From positions 68,172 through 132,171 of the forward strand of contig JAOAJN010000003.1 in NCBI GenBank assembly GCA_026414165.1: a stretch of 64,000 nucleotides of DNA, read 5' to 3'. This document shows, in pieces, positions 18,427 through 27,503 of the stretch. The position numbers were made by a program, and so were the translations under genes. The notes under the pieces are model-generated. The model saw nothing but the letters and a program-made list of their open reading frames with translations. It did no database searches and was not told where the DNA came from. Numbering within the stretch: the stretch's first letter is position 1; every line of letters begins with the position of its first letter. Source of the stretch: Candidatus Methanomethylicaceae archaeon. Its GTDB lineage: Archaea; Thermoproteota; Methanomethylicia; Methanomethylicales; Methanomethylicaceae.

Positions 18427-19575
18427 ATGCCAGCTAACCTCCCACCTCAGGCAAAGGCTGCAGAGAGAAGGTATATTGAAGCCAAGACTCTGCCCGAGAA
18501 GATCAAGTATCTACAAGAGTTTATCTCATCCATACCAGAACATAAAGGAAACGAGAAGATGAGAGGGTATCTGCGCAGGAGATTGGCACAGCTTAAGGCA
18601 GAACTGGAGGAACAGAAGAAGAGAAAGGTTGGCGGCGGTGGCGGTGGATTCGCGGTGAAGAAGGAGGGGGCGGCGCAGATAGTGATTCTTGGGATGACGG
18701 GGGCAGGCAAAAGCTCGCTTTTAATGCGTGTAACAAATGCCAAGACAGAGGTATCAGACCATCAATTTACTACTAAGGAGCCCGTTCCCGGCATGATGAA
18801 GTATGAAGACATACAGTTTCAATTGGTAGATACGCCAGCGATCTATGAGGGCATGGAGGAAGGGGCATGGGGGGCACAAGTTTTAAGCTTGGCAAGGAAT
18901 GCCGATGGACTGTTGCTACTATTGGATGGCGGAGACGCCCCAAGCCAGTTTGTGAAGATATTGAAGGCACTGACAGACGCAGGCATTACCATTGATAGGA
19001 AGACAAACAGGGTCGAGATAGAAGTAACCAACGGTGGAGGGATCCAGATCATGAGTATGGGAAGGATGAGTTGTAGTGTTGAAGATGTTAAGAAGATGCT
19101 GAGGGAAAGCGGCGTAAGGAACGCTTCGATCAGGGTGTGGGGGGATGTTACATTAAGGGATTTTGAGGAGGCTTTGGAACAGACAAGAGTTTACAAGCCC
19201 TCGCTGATCGTGATAAATAAAGTGGATCTTTATCCATCTGCGGTTGAAGAGTTCAGGAAAGCTACGGGAAGGGAGGCGATTGGCATCTCCACTCTAACTG
19301 GTGAGGGAATAGCAAATCTTGGAAAGGTACTCTTTAAAACCCTTGGAATAATGAGAATTTATACAAAAGAACCGAGCGGAGAGATAGCTGAGAAGCCAAT
19401 TATCGTACCCACAGGAACGAAGGTGCTTGACATAGCAAAGATCGTGCATTCTCACCTTTACAAGAACTTCAAATACGCAAGGGTTTGGGGAGAATCAGTG
19501 AATTATGACGGGGAACGAGTGGGGGGGGAACATGAACTCGCAGATAAGGACATTGTAGAGATACGCGTCAAATAG
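18427..19575 (+). CDS. DRG/OBG-family GTPase with a C-terminal TGS domain
   Basis: G1 is GMTGAGKSSL and G3 is DTPA. NKVD is also present. The TGS-like C-terminus is RIYTKEP...VWG. Confidence 0.85.
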   Translation: MPANLPPQAKAAERRYIEAKTLPEKIKYLQEFISSIPEHKGNEKMRGYLRRRLAQLKAELEEQKKRKVGGGGGGFAVKKEGAAQIVILGMTGAGKSSLLMRVTNAKTEVSDHQFTTKEPVPGMMKYEDIQFQLVDTPAIYEGMEEGAWGAQVLSLARNADGLLLLLDGGDAPSQFVKILKALTDAGITIDRKTNRVEIEVTNGGGIQIMSMGRMSCSVEDVKKMLRESGVRNASIRVWGDVTLRDFEEALEQTRVYKPSLIVINKVDLYPSAVEEFRKATGREAIGISTLTGEGIANLGKVLFKTLGIMRIYTKEPSGEIAEKPIIVPTGTKVLDIAKIVHSHLYKNFKYARVWGESVNYDGERVGGEHELADKDIVEIRVK

Positions 19576-19805
19576 AAAAAGTTGAATAGTATAGGTGATT
19601 GTTCTAATTGCGTTTTGTAGTTTGAGTCCTTTTGGATTTTTAGAGGTAATAAATTAGATAAAGGTAATTTGTTACTAATTGACATCAAGGATTTGTAAAT
19701 TATAAACAATAATTTTAAAATATTTTGTCTTTATGACCAGAGGTAGCTGTTTTTAACATATAGAAGGCAATAAATAAATGACCGCTTAAACCACATTAAT
19801 CGGGT

Positions 19806-21062
19806 ATGAAGATGGCAAGAAGAGTCAGAATCGCGCAGATCTCCTGTGGAACTGAGTATAGCGGCATACAAAATGAGATTGAAAAAGCTGCAGAAATGGT
19901 TGGAGGTAAGATCTTTATCCCAGAGATCGACCTCGCCGATATAAGATCAATTGAGGATGAGTTGGGATTTCATGTTGCAAGTCCAGGTCTAAAGGTGATG
20001 ATGGCTAGGGCAAAAGCGGTCGTTGAAGGTAGGGTTGAGGCGGACGGAGTATTCATAGCTACGTGCTTCAAATGTGCGGAGGGGGCACTCACCCGTAGTA
20101 TAATCAGAAGATATATCCAGAGCAGGACCAAGATCCCTGTTGTGACTTACTCATTCACGGAGAGGACCAAGGCTGGCGCTCTGCTGTTGAGGATGGAGGC
20201 CCTTGTAAGCATAATCGGAAAGAAGCCGCTCTTCGCCAGAACCAAACAGGAGGGACTGACCGCCGGAATCGACTCAGGTTCCACCACAACAAAGGCAGTG
20301 ATAATGAAGGACGACGAGATAATCGGCTCAGGGTGGATCCCTACAACGAGCGTATTAGAGAGCGGACAGTTAGCGCTAAATATGGCACTTAAAGAGGCAA
20401 AAGTCAGCTTGGAAAGTTTGGAGGCCGTAGGAGTGACGGGCTATGGTAGAATGATCCTAAAGGAGGCATATAAGGCCAAGCTTGCAATGGAAGAGGTCTC
20501 CACATGTTCAAAGGGAGCGTTATACCTTTGCGATAGACAAAAAGGAGATGCAACTGTAATAGACATAGGAGGAATGGACAATAAGGCGGTTACCCTGTAC
20601 GACAGCATACCGGACAGCTTTACTGTGGGAGGGGTCTGTGCAGGTGCATCTGGCAGATTTATAGAGACCAGTGCAAAGAGGCTGGGCGTCTCTCTTGAAG
20701 AGTTTGGGGATCTCGCATTAAAAGGGGATTACAGAAAAGTCCCCATGAATGCCTATTGCATAGTATTCGGACTTCAGGATCTGGTCGCAGGTCTTGCCAG
20801 CGGAGCAAAGGTCGAGGACGTTGCTGCGGCGGCATGTCACAGCGTTGCGGAACAGGTCTTTGAACAACAGCTTCAGGAGATAGACATCAGATATCCGATA
20901 GTGCAGGTCGGATCCACAGCGCTCATAAAGGGGCTCGTCAAAGCCATGTCAGAGATTTTGAGTGTGGATGTGATCGTGCCAGAAAGACCAAACCTCATAG
21001 GCGCAGTCGGTGTAGCAGTTATGGTATCTGGTATGAAGGAACTTGAAGAGGAGGGAAGATGA
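19806..21062 (+). CDS. mmp15: Methanogenesis marker protein 15 (Mmp15; BadF/BcrA/HgdC-type ASKHA ATPase)
   Basis: [14 protein letters not shown]...VTGYGR...[10 protein letters not shown]...[10 protein letters not shown] are BcrAD/BadFG motifs. They follow a ~150-aa N-terminal extension. The ~410-aa size fits Mmp15. Confidence 0.75.
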   Translation: MKMARRVRIAQISCGTEYSGIQNEIEKAAEMVGGKIFIPEIDLADIRSIEDELGFHVASPGLKVMMARAKAVVEGRVEADGVFIATCFKCAEGALTRSIIRRYIQSRTKIPVVTYSFTERTKAGALLLRMEALVSIIGKKPLFARTKQEGLTAGIDSGSTTTKAVIMKDDEIIGSGWIPTTSVLESGQLALNMALKEAKVSLESLEAVGVTGYGRMILKEAYKAKLAMEEVSTCSKGALYLCDRQKGDATVIDIGGMDNKAVTLYDSIPDSFTVGGVCAGASGRFIETSAKRLGVSLEEFGDLALKGDYRKVPMNAYCIVFGLQDLVAGLASGAKVEDVAAAACHSVAEQVFEQQLQEIDIRYPIVQVGSTALIKGLVKAMSEILSVDVIVPERPNLIGAVGVAVMVSGMKELEEEGR

Positions 21063-21174
21063 TCTCGCCAGACAGTCGAATAAATTTTTAGGCGAGGGTT
21101 CAGAGGACATTCTGGATATTTATAGATTGGAAAACTTTGCTCAGGGACTAATATACTGATGACGGTGTGATTCC

Positions 21175-22383
21175 ATGAGACTACGCTCCATAAAAAAGCT
21201 ATACAAAGAGGGGACCCATCGAGCCAAGCCTCTCATGGAGACTTTAGAGTTTTTGGAAAAAATCTACGGTAAGGCGGGAATAACTAGGGTGGCTGATATA
21301 ACTGGATTGGACAGGATAGGCATACCAGTTTTTACTGCAATGCGACCCCTTGCATCAGAAGGAGCCATAACCGTATACACGGGCAAGGGTCATGTTCCAG
21401 AGGAAGCAAAAATCTCGGCAATAATGGAAGGAATAGAGAGGTTCTCAGGAGAGCCCAGAGAATTTAGCTCCATAAAGGGCAGCTATGAATCGTTATCAGA
21501 GTCGTATCGCATTCTCGATCCTTTTACACTTAATCTACCGAAGCTCAGGCATTATTCTCATAGAGAAAATCTTGAATGGGTATACGGGCACTCGCTGATT
21601 ATTAGGGAAGAAGTTCTAGTTCCGGCGGAGGCAGTGTTCCATCCTTATAGGAGGGAAAACCAGCTATTCAGAACCAATACCAACGGGCTTGCAGTAGGGA
21701 ATGTGATAGAGGAGGCCATTCTGCACGGGCTCTTGGAGGTTATAGAAAGAGATGCCTGGTCTCTATTTGAATTGGGAGTCACTAAGGGGAGAGATTTGCA
21801 GATCGAGGGTTGTGGCTTGGCAGAGAAGCTTATTAAAAGATTCAGGGAGGCTTCGGTGCAAGTTTACATCAAAGATATAACATCAGACATCGGGATACCC
21901 ACGATATCGGTAGCGATAGATGATGAAATGACCAAAGATCCAGCTCTCCTTTCGCTTGGTGTTGGGACCCACCTCGTGCCAGAGATCGCTCTGGTTAGGG
22001 CGCTGACGGAGGCTGCTCAGAGCAGGCTTACAACAATCCATGGAACTAGGGAGGATACCTACAAGGCGGTTTTTGCGAGGAGGATAGGTTACGAGCGGAT
22101 GAAGAGGTTGAATAAAAAGTGGTTTGAGGAGTCTAGTGAGCGGGCGAATATATCCGAACTCAGAGGCTTTGATAGCGATGATTTGCTAGAGGATATAAAC
22201 TACATCATCAAGAAGCTTAAGGAGACTGGTTTGAACGAGGTCATAGTTGTGGATTTGACGAGAAACGAAGTGAAAATACCAGCGGTACGCGTCATAGTCC
22301 CGGGTTTGGAAGTTTACGCACTGGATAAGGACAGGGCAGGTGCCAGGGCGCTTCAAAAGATCAAAGAACAAAGATCAAAATGA
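21175..22383 (+). CDS. ycaO: YcaO (methanogenesis marker 1), McrA thioglycine-forming ATP-dependent enzyme
   Basis: GITRVADITGLDRIGIPVF...GKGHVPEEAKISAIMEGIERFSGE...TNGLAVGN are YcaO-family motifs. The gene is followed directly by tfuA. Confidence 0.9.
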   Translation: MRLRSIKKLYKEGTHRAKPLMETLEFLEKIYGKAGITRVADITGLDRIGIPVFTAMRPLASEGAITVYTGKGHVPEEAKISAIMEGIERFSGEPREFSSIKGSYESLSESYRILDPFTLNLPKLRHYSHRENLEWVYGHSLIIREEVLVPAEAVFHPYRRENQLFRTNTNGLAVGNVIEEAILHGLLEVIERDAWSLFELGVTKGRDLQIEGCGLAEKLIKRFREASVQVYIKDITSDIGIPTISVAIDDEMTKDPALLSLGVGTHLVPEIALVRALTEAAQSRLTTIHGTREDTYKAVFARRIGYERMKRLNKKWFEESSERANISELRGFDSDDLLEDINYIIKKLKETGLNEVIVVDLTRNEVKIPAVRVIVPGLEVYALDKDRAGARALQKIKEQRSK

Positions 22384-22399
22384 AAAGTTAAAGTTGTAA

Positions 22400-23083
22400 A
22401 TGCAAAAAGTTGTGAAGAAAGTTATGAAAGTTGTTGTCTTTTTAGGACCGAGTCTGCCTTTAGAAGAGGCAAAAAAGATTTTGGACTATGCCGACTACAG
22501 ACCGCCTGCTGGGAGGGGGGATGTGGCAGGAGTTGCCGATGAGGGGTTCGGAATAATAGGCCTTGTGGATGGAGTTTTCTACCAGAAAACAGCAGTTTCA
22601 CATCGTGAGATCCTTTATGCCCTTAAAAAAGGGGTTAAAGTTGTCGGCGGATCTAGCATAGGGGCTCTAAGGGCATGCGAGTTGGATGTCTACGGCATGA
22701 TCGGGGTCGGGAAGATTTATAGATGGTATAGAGAGGGCATAATTAGTGCCGATGACGAGGTCGCAGTTGCATTCCATCCGAATACATACCAACCACTATC
22801 CGAGCCTTTGGTCAATATAAGAGCCACTTTGGAGGTTCTGATCTCAAGAGGCATGATCAGCGAGGATGATAGAAGAATCATAATTGAGAGTGCTAAGGAG
22901 ATTCCGTTTCACCTTAGAAATTACAGCAGGATAATTCAGAAGGCCATAGACAAGCTAGGCAGAGACAGAGCAAGAGGACTCCTAGAATTATTAAGGATGG
23001 AGAGGGTCGATCAAAAACGGATAGATGCAATAGAAGTTTTGAACAAGGTTAAGGAATTGGCAGCAATTGATACAAGTGTATGA
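22400..23083 (+). CDS. tfuA: TfuA-like partner of YcaO
   Basis: VVVFLGPSL...YRPPAGRGDV...GLVDGVF...SHREILYAL..GV.VVGGSSIGALRA is the TfuA signature. An alternative start lies at 22424. Confidence 0.85.
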   Translation: MQKVVKKVMKVVVFLGPSLPLEEAKKILDYADYRPPAGRGDVAGVADEGFGIIGLVDGVFYQKTAVSHREILYALKKGVKVVGGSSIGALRACELDVYGMIGVGKIYRWYREGIISADDEVAVAFHPNTYQPLSEPLVNIRATLEVLISRGMISEDDRRIIIESAKEIPFHLRNYSRIIQKAIDKLGRDRARGLLELLRMERVDQKRIDAIEVLNKVKELAAIDTSV

Positions 23084-23130
23084 CTTAAATATCACATCTC
23101 ATTAATAATCGTGTTCTTTGGTGCACGGCA

Positions 23131-24753
23131 ATGAAGGAGGCATTAATAGTCGTAGACGGTGTTTCCAAAAAGTTCAATGGAAATTACGTTCTCAAGGACG
23201 TATCGCTCGTAATACGCGAGGGGGAGAGAGTAGGAATTCTTGGGAAGAGTGGTTCGGGCAAGAGTGTGCTTCTCTCAATGCTGAAAGGGATGAGTGAATA
23301 TGCCCCAACATCCGGTAAAGTGATATACCGAGTTGCGTCATGTAAGGAATGCGGTTTCGTTGAAGGACCCAGTATGGTGGGGAAGGTTTGCCCAAGATGT
23401 TGTGGAAGGATGGAACTTTTAGAAGTAGATTTCTGGGAGGATAGGGAGTCAGCCAAAGATATTAAGAATAGGATAGCGATAATGTTTCAAAGAACCTTTG
23501 CTCTTTACGGTAGCCTTACGGTTTACGAGAATTTTGTTGAGGCTTTGGAGAAAGTGGAACTTGATGATGTTAATATAGGGCGTAAGGCGCTGGAGCTCGC
23601 CAAGAGAATGGGTCTTGAACACAGGCTTCTCCATGCGGCAAGAGATCTCAGCGGCGGGGAAAAACAGAGGGTCGTACTAGGAAGACAGTTGGCAATAAGA
23701 CCAATACTTTTGTTGGCAGATGAGCCAACAGGGACGCTCGACCCGCTGAGTGCAAGGATGGTCTACAGGATACTGAATGAGGAGATCAAAGGCAAGAACA
23801 TAACCATGCTTGTTACCTCACATCTGCCCGAAGCAGTAGAGGTCTTGAGCGAAAGAGCGATACTTTTAGAGAAAGGGAGTGTTAGGGCGACAGGTAATCC
23901 AAGAGATATAGTCAAAGAGTTCTTATCGGAAGCGGAGCCTACGCCCAAAGAGGCACCAGTGGAGACGGGGGGCATAATACTCAGGGTGGAGGGGCTAAAG
24001 AAGCATTACTTCTCCCTAGACAAAGGTGTTGTCAGAGCCTTAGACGACGTCTCCTTTGAGGTCAGGGAGGGGCAGATATTTGGGATCGTAGGAATGAGTG
24101 GTGCAGGGAAGACGACGCTTTCGAGGATCATTGCAGGTCTTACGGAGCCGACCTCGGGCAGGGTCTGGCTGAGGATAGGCGATGAGTGGGTGGACATGCT
24201 GCAGCCAGGACCCATGGGGCGCGGCAGGGCGACGCCATACATCGGGTTACTTCATCAAGAGTACTCGCTGTATCCACATAGAACGATACAAGAGAATTTG
24301 ACGGATGCCATTGGACTTGAGTTGCCAGACGAGTTTGCCAAATTCAAGGCAGTCATGGTCTTGAGGGCAGCCGGCTTCCAAGAGAGTCTGACGGAAATTA
24401 TTTTGAACAAATATCCTGATGAGTTGAGCGAGGGTGAAAGACACAGGGTCGCGCTAGCGCAGGTCCTAATAAGAGAGCCAGTCCTAGTAATATTGGACGA
24501 GCCGACTGGTACGATGGACCCTATAACACAAAAAGATGTTTCCAAGTCAATAAAGAATGCCAGAAATGAGCTCAGGCAGACTTTTCTAATAGTGTCACAT
24601 GATATGGGATTTGTCCTGAATACTTGTGATGAAGCACTGCTTCTCAGAGACGGGAAGATAGTGATGAAGGGACCCGTCTGCGAAGTGGTGAGATCTTTCT
24701 CGTCGGAGGAGATCGCGGAATTATCTCAATCCAAAGACGGACTCCCTTGTTAG
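23131..24753 (+). CDS. atwA: MCR system component A2 (AtwA), double ABC ATPase with a zinc-ribbon insert
   Basis: Two ABC cassettes ([18 protein letters not shown]). A CKECG...CPRCCG insert (23341-23403) follows the first Walker A, as I remember for canonical A2. Confidence 0.85.
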   Translation: MKEALIVVDGVSKKFNGNYVLKDVSLVIREGERVGILGKSGSGKSVLLSMLKGMSEYAPTSGKVIYRVASCKECGFVEGPSMVGKVCPRCCGRMELLEVDFWEDRESAKDIKNRIAIMFQRTFALYGSLTVYENFVEALEKVELDDVNIGRKALELAKRMGLEHRLLHAARDLSGGEKQRVVLGRQLAIRPILLLADEPTGTLDPLSARMVYRILNEEIKGKNITMLVTSHLPEAVEVLSERAILLEKGSVRATGNPRDIVKEFLSEAEPTPKEAPVETGGIILRVEGLKKHYFSLDKGVVRALDDVSFEVREGQIFGIVGMSGAGKTTLSRIIAGLTEPTSGRVWLRIGDEWVDMLQPGPMGRGRATPYIGLLHQEYSLYPHRTIQENLTDAIGLELPDEFAKFKAVMVLRAAGFQESLTEIILNKYPDELSEGERHRVALAQVLIREPVLVILDEPTGTMDPITQKDVSKSIKNARNELRQTFLIVSHDMGFVLNTCDEALLLRDGKIVMKGPVCEVVRSFSSEEIAELSQSKDGLPC

Positions 24754-25650
24754 ATCCATGAAAATTTCTTTTTTCTGACCCATGGATACGATTATTCTTT
24801 TATCAGCTGTGAAGCGACCTACAGACTCCACAGAGAAGCCCGAATTTCTCAAGACTTCAAAGATTTTGGGGTTAGGAGAGCCGAAGATAAATCCCATTGC
24901 AGGATATGAAGTCAACCATTCAGAAAGCGAAGAGCCTTCTGGTGTAGGGATCTTCTCAAGAGAGATCTCCGCTCCAACGCTACTAGCTTCACAGAGCATC
25001 GCCAAACTTCCCAATATTCCGGGAGCACTTATGTCCCTAGAACAATACACTTCGCCAGACTCCAAGACAGAGATTATGGCAGAGATCATGTCTTGAACTT
25101 GTTTCGATGTCTTTTTCAGGGTGCTATCAAAACATTTAACCCAACCCTTCAGACCAAAAGAACCTGAAAGATCAATTGCCATTACAATTTCGTCGCCAGG
25201 GCGGGCCTCTATTCCCCTCACGACTTTTTTTGCCAAGCCGACTACCGCGGCGTCTATTGCCGCGTATGAAGAATCAGGGTGAGTATGACCTTTGAGCAGT
25301 TTGACGTTGTACTTTTCCAGTCCAGCTTTTATGCCTTCGGCCATCTTTTTCCTAATTTCCCTTGGTCCCGAGATAACATTCACATATCCAAGTGGTCTCG
25401 CGCCCTTTGCCACCACATCATTGACATTTACAAGAACAGAGTAATAACCAGCAAACCAAGGATCCGACTTGACCAGATCCTCTGCTATACCGTCCGTAGA
25501 GACCACAATATTAAGCCCCTGCACTTCCAATATTCCAGCATCGTCATAGTCGACCTCGCCTAGTATATTTACGATCTCCCCAATCTGGGCCTTTCTGGAT
25601 AGCCCTTTATAGGATCTTGTCTTGTTTACGATCTCTTTAAGGTCTTCCAA
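24721..25650 (-). CDS. mmp2: Methanogenesis marker protein 2 (Mmp2; AIR-synthase/PurM-related)
   Basis: PurM-like features: DDAGIL...VVSTDG...NDVVAKGARPL. The size is ~310 aa. It has a TTG start with GAGGGG upstream. Its 3' end overlaps the atwA 3' end by 33 nt (convergent). Confidence 0.7.
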   Translation of the reverse strand: MEDLKEIVNKTRSYKGLSRKAQIGEIVNILGEVDYDDAGILEVQGLNIVVSTDGIAEDLVKSDPWFAGYYSVLVNVNDVVAKGARPLGYVNVISGPREIRKKMAEGIKAGLEKYNVKLLKGHTHPDSSYAAIDAAVVGLAKKVVRGIEARPGDEIVMAIDLSGSFGLKGWVKCFDSTLKKTSKQVQDMISAIISVLESGEVYCSRDISAPGILGSLAMLCEASSVGAEISLEKIPTPEGSSLSEWLTSYPAMGFIFGSPNPKIFEVLRNSGFSVESVGRFTADKRIIVSMGQKKEIFMDLTRESVFGLR

Positions 25651-25705
25651 GCTGGACCCCTCAGATTAATAGGAAAGAGAATGCATAAGAATTTATTAAA
25701 TATTT

Positions 25706-26044
25706 GTGGGAGTGGACAAAAGTATGCTCAGGGAAGGAGCATCGGTCGTATACAAAAGGACTGGCACTATCGGTAAAGTTATCGAATTGAGAGAGATGGA
25801 TGGCAAGATCTGGGCCAAGTTGGATTCCACAGGACTATTTTACGATGAGGATCTTCTAGAAATGGCTGAAGAGAGTGTTGTTGAAAAGCCTAGGCAAGGG
25901 ATAGAAGAAGTGGAAGCAGAATTAAAAGTAGAAGAAGTAGAAGGAAAAAAGGCAGAAAAGGGAAGGAAAGAAAAATCTGAAACACCCGAAATCAAAGATG
26001 AAGGCAAAATAGACACCAGCGGGAATGTGTGCGGTGCTGGATGA
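25706..26044 (+). CDS. Small protein: N-terminal beta-rich module plus an acidic/lysine-rich tail ending CGAG (possibly DUF2098-like)
   Basis: ASVVYKRTGTIGKVIELREMDGKIWAKLDSTGLFYDEDLLE is followed by an E/K-rich tail. The probable start is ATG 25724. The family recall is uncertain. Confidence 0.45.
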   Translation: MGVDKSMLREGASVVYKRTGTIGKVIELREMDGKIWAKLDSTGLFYDEDLLEMAEESVVEKPRQGIEEVEAELKVEEVEGKKAEKGRKEKSETPEIKDEGKIDTSGNVCGAG

Positions 26045-26057
26045 AGAGGGCTAACAT

Positions 26058-26834
26058 TTGAGGGCGGCAATAGTACTTGACAAGTCAGGCACTATACTGA
26101 GACCTTGTAGAGTAATCTTTGACCTTAAAAAAAGCGAACTTCTTTTCCATGTTAATACTTTGAAATTCGTTATTGAAGTTGGCGGATATCTCGTGAATGT
26201 GAAGGGTTCCCCGAACGCAATAAAGCGAGGGGTTATAAAAATTGGAAAGGTAGTTTGTGCTTCCTCACAGGTTCCGCCTAGAGTCAATACTGAAATCTTA
26301 AGACAAAACCGTGTTTTGGAGGCACTAAACAAGGTAATGGTTGAGGCGGAAAGACATTGTGGCTCAGAGATCGGAATATGTGTAGCCCTAATAGTGGATA
26401 AAGATGGGCATCCAACACATGCCGTGGGTTTAGGAGGAAAGCTTTACGACGATGTGAAGGAGACCGTTGAGATGATCAAGGATTCAGACGATGATGTATT
26501 CATAGCTACGGGAAATTGTCGAGAGGCAACTTTGAAGTGTGCAAAGGTTTTGGGTATAGATAAGAGGTTTGTCCTCACCGATGCTTCTCCCAGAGAAAAG
26601 AGTGATTTTGTGAAGGCGCTCAGAAGGTTTTACGGACTTGTTGTAATGGTGGGAAATGATGTTAATGACATCCTGGCTATGAGAGAAGCAGACCTCTCTG
26701 TACTTGTAAAAAGAGATCCTTCTGATGTTATGGAAAGGCTGATGTCTGATGTAGATTATACTGTCAGTTCCCTTAGAGAGATACCCAAAATAATATCGGA
26801 GATTAAAGGACAAGTTGCCCAGTCTTCGGTTTGA
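26058..26834 (+). CDS. Soluble P-type-ATPase-like HAD phosphatase
   Basis: Motif I is VLDKSGT (the DKTGT-like phosphorylation motif) and the C-terminal motif is MVGNDVNDILAM (GDGxND-like). There are no transmembrane segments. Confidence 0.65.
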   Translation: MRAAIVLDKSGTILRPCRVIFDLKKSELLFHVNTLKFVIEVGGYLVNVKGSPNAIKRGVIKIGKVVCASSQVPPRVNTEILRQNRVLEALNKVMVEAERHCGSEIGICVALIVDKDGHPTHAVGLGGKLYDDVKETVEMIKDSDDDVFIATGNCREATLKCAKVLGIDKRFVLTDASPREKSDFVKALRRFYGLVVMVGNDVNDILAMREADLSVLVKRDPSDVMERLMSDVDYTVSSLREIPKIISEIKGQVAQSSV

Positions 26835-26876
26835 AAATTACTTGTAAATTCGTTCGATTTGTTTGTGACGAGTCCC

Positions 26877-27482
26877 TCACTTGAGGGTTTTAAGGATTAG
26901 TATGTCGTAGTAGTGTTTTTGGTATTCAGGGTGAGCGTGAGGGAGTGCTTGTGCAAGCTCCTCCTCCAGATCTTTTAAAATATGCAACTCGTCAACCTTC
27001 AAGAATCCAATAAGTGCACCCTCAGAAGCTTCTTTGCAAAATACACTGTGGGGCACGAATCCTGCAGTGGTGACAAATGCGACCTCTTCTTTGAGAGTAC
27101 TCAGCTCCTCTAAGTGCCTTGAGTCAAACCCATAGCGAACTTCTTCGAAAAAGGAACGGATGCAGCAAGTAGGATACTTGAGAAGGCGCCCGACTTCCCA
27201 GTCAGAAAAGTTCTTGCTAAATATTCCAAGTTGTGTGGAAGAGTAAGGATCAAGTGCAGGTCTGATGGGCGGATTGTAGCGTTCTACGATCCTCAGTTGA
27301 AGTTCGAGCCTCGATAGTACGTCATGTAAATACTCGCTTGAAAAAAATCTTGCAATATGCTCCGCTAGTGATGGAAACTCATTATATCTCTCTCTGGCAA
27401 GTTCGGACGTTAAATTTGATAGGTCGGCGATTATTTCAATAATCCTCTTAAGTGATGAATAGCCATTCTTTTTTGATGACAT
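26877..27482 (-). CDS. Cys-motif protein (DUF483-like, uncertain) directly downstream of mcrA
   Basis: 201 aa with LLKYPTCCIRSFF and ...HSVFCKE. It starts 21 nt after the mcrA stop on the same strand. Confidence 0.5.
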   Translation of the reverse strand: MSSKKNGYSSLKRIIEIIADLSNLTSELARERYNEFPSLAEHIARFFSSEYLHDVLSRLELQLRIVERYNPPIRPALDPYSSTQLGIFSKNFSDWEVGRLLKYPTCCIRSFFEEVRYGFDSRHLEELSTLKEEVAFVTTAGFVPHSVFCKEASEGALIGFLKVDELHILKDLEEELAQALPHAHPEYQKHYYDILILKTLK

Positions 27483-27503
27483 GGTGGGAAAAAAAGAAGG
27501 GGT
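27483..27503 (-). terminator. Oligo-T tract between mcrA and the downstream gene (possible partial terminator)
   Basis: The minus-strand spacer reads ACCCCTTCTTTTTTTCCCACC. T7 runs are typical archaeal termination signals. There is no room for a separate promoter. Confidence 0.3.

Noticed and set aside
21064-21096. The inverted repeat CTCGCC...GGCGAG after the mmp15 stop, considered as a terminator hairpin.
   Set aside because: It has only a 6-bp stem with a 21-nt loop. Archaeal termination does not need hairpins, so the support is weak.
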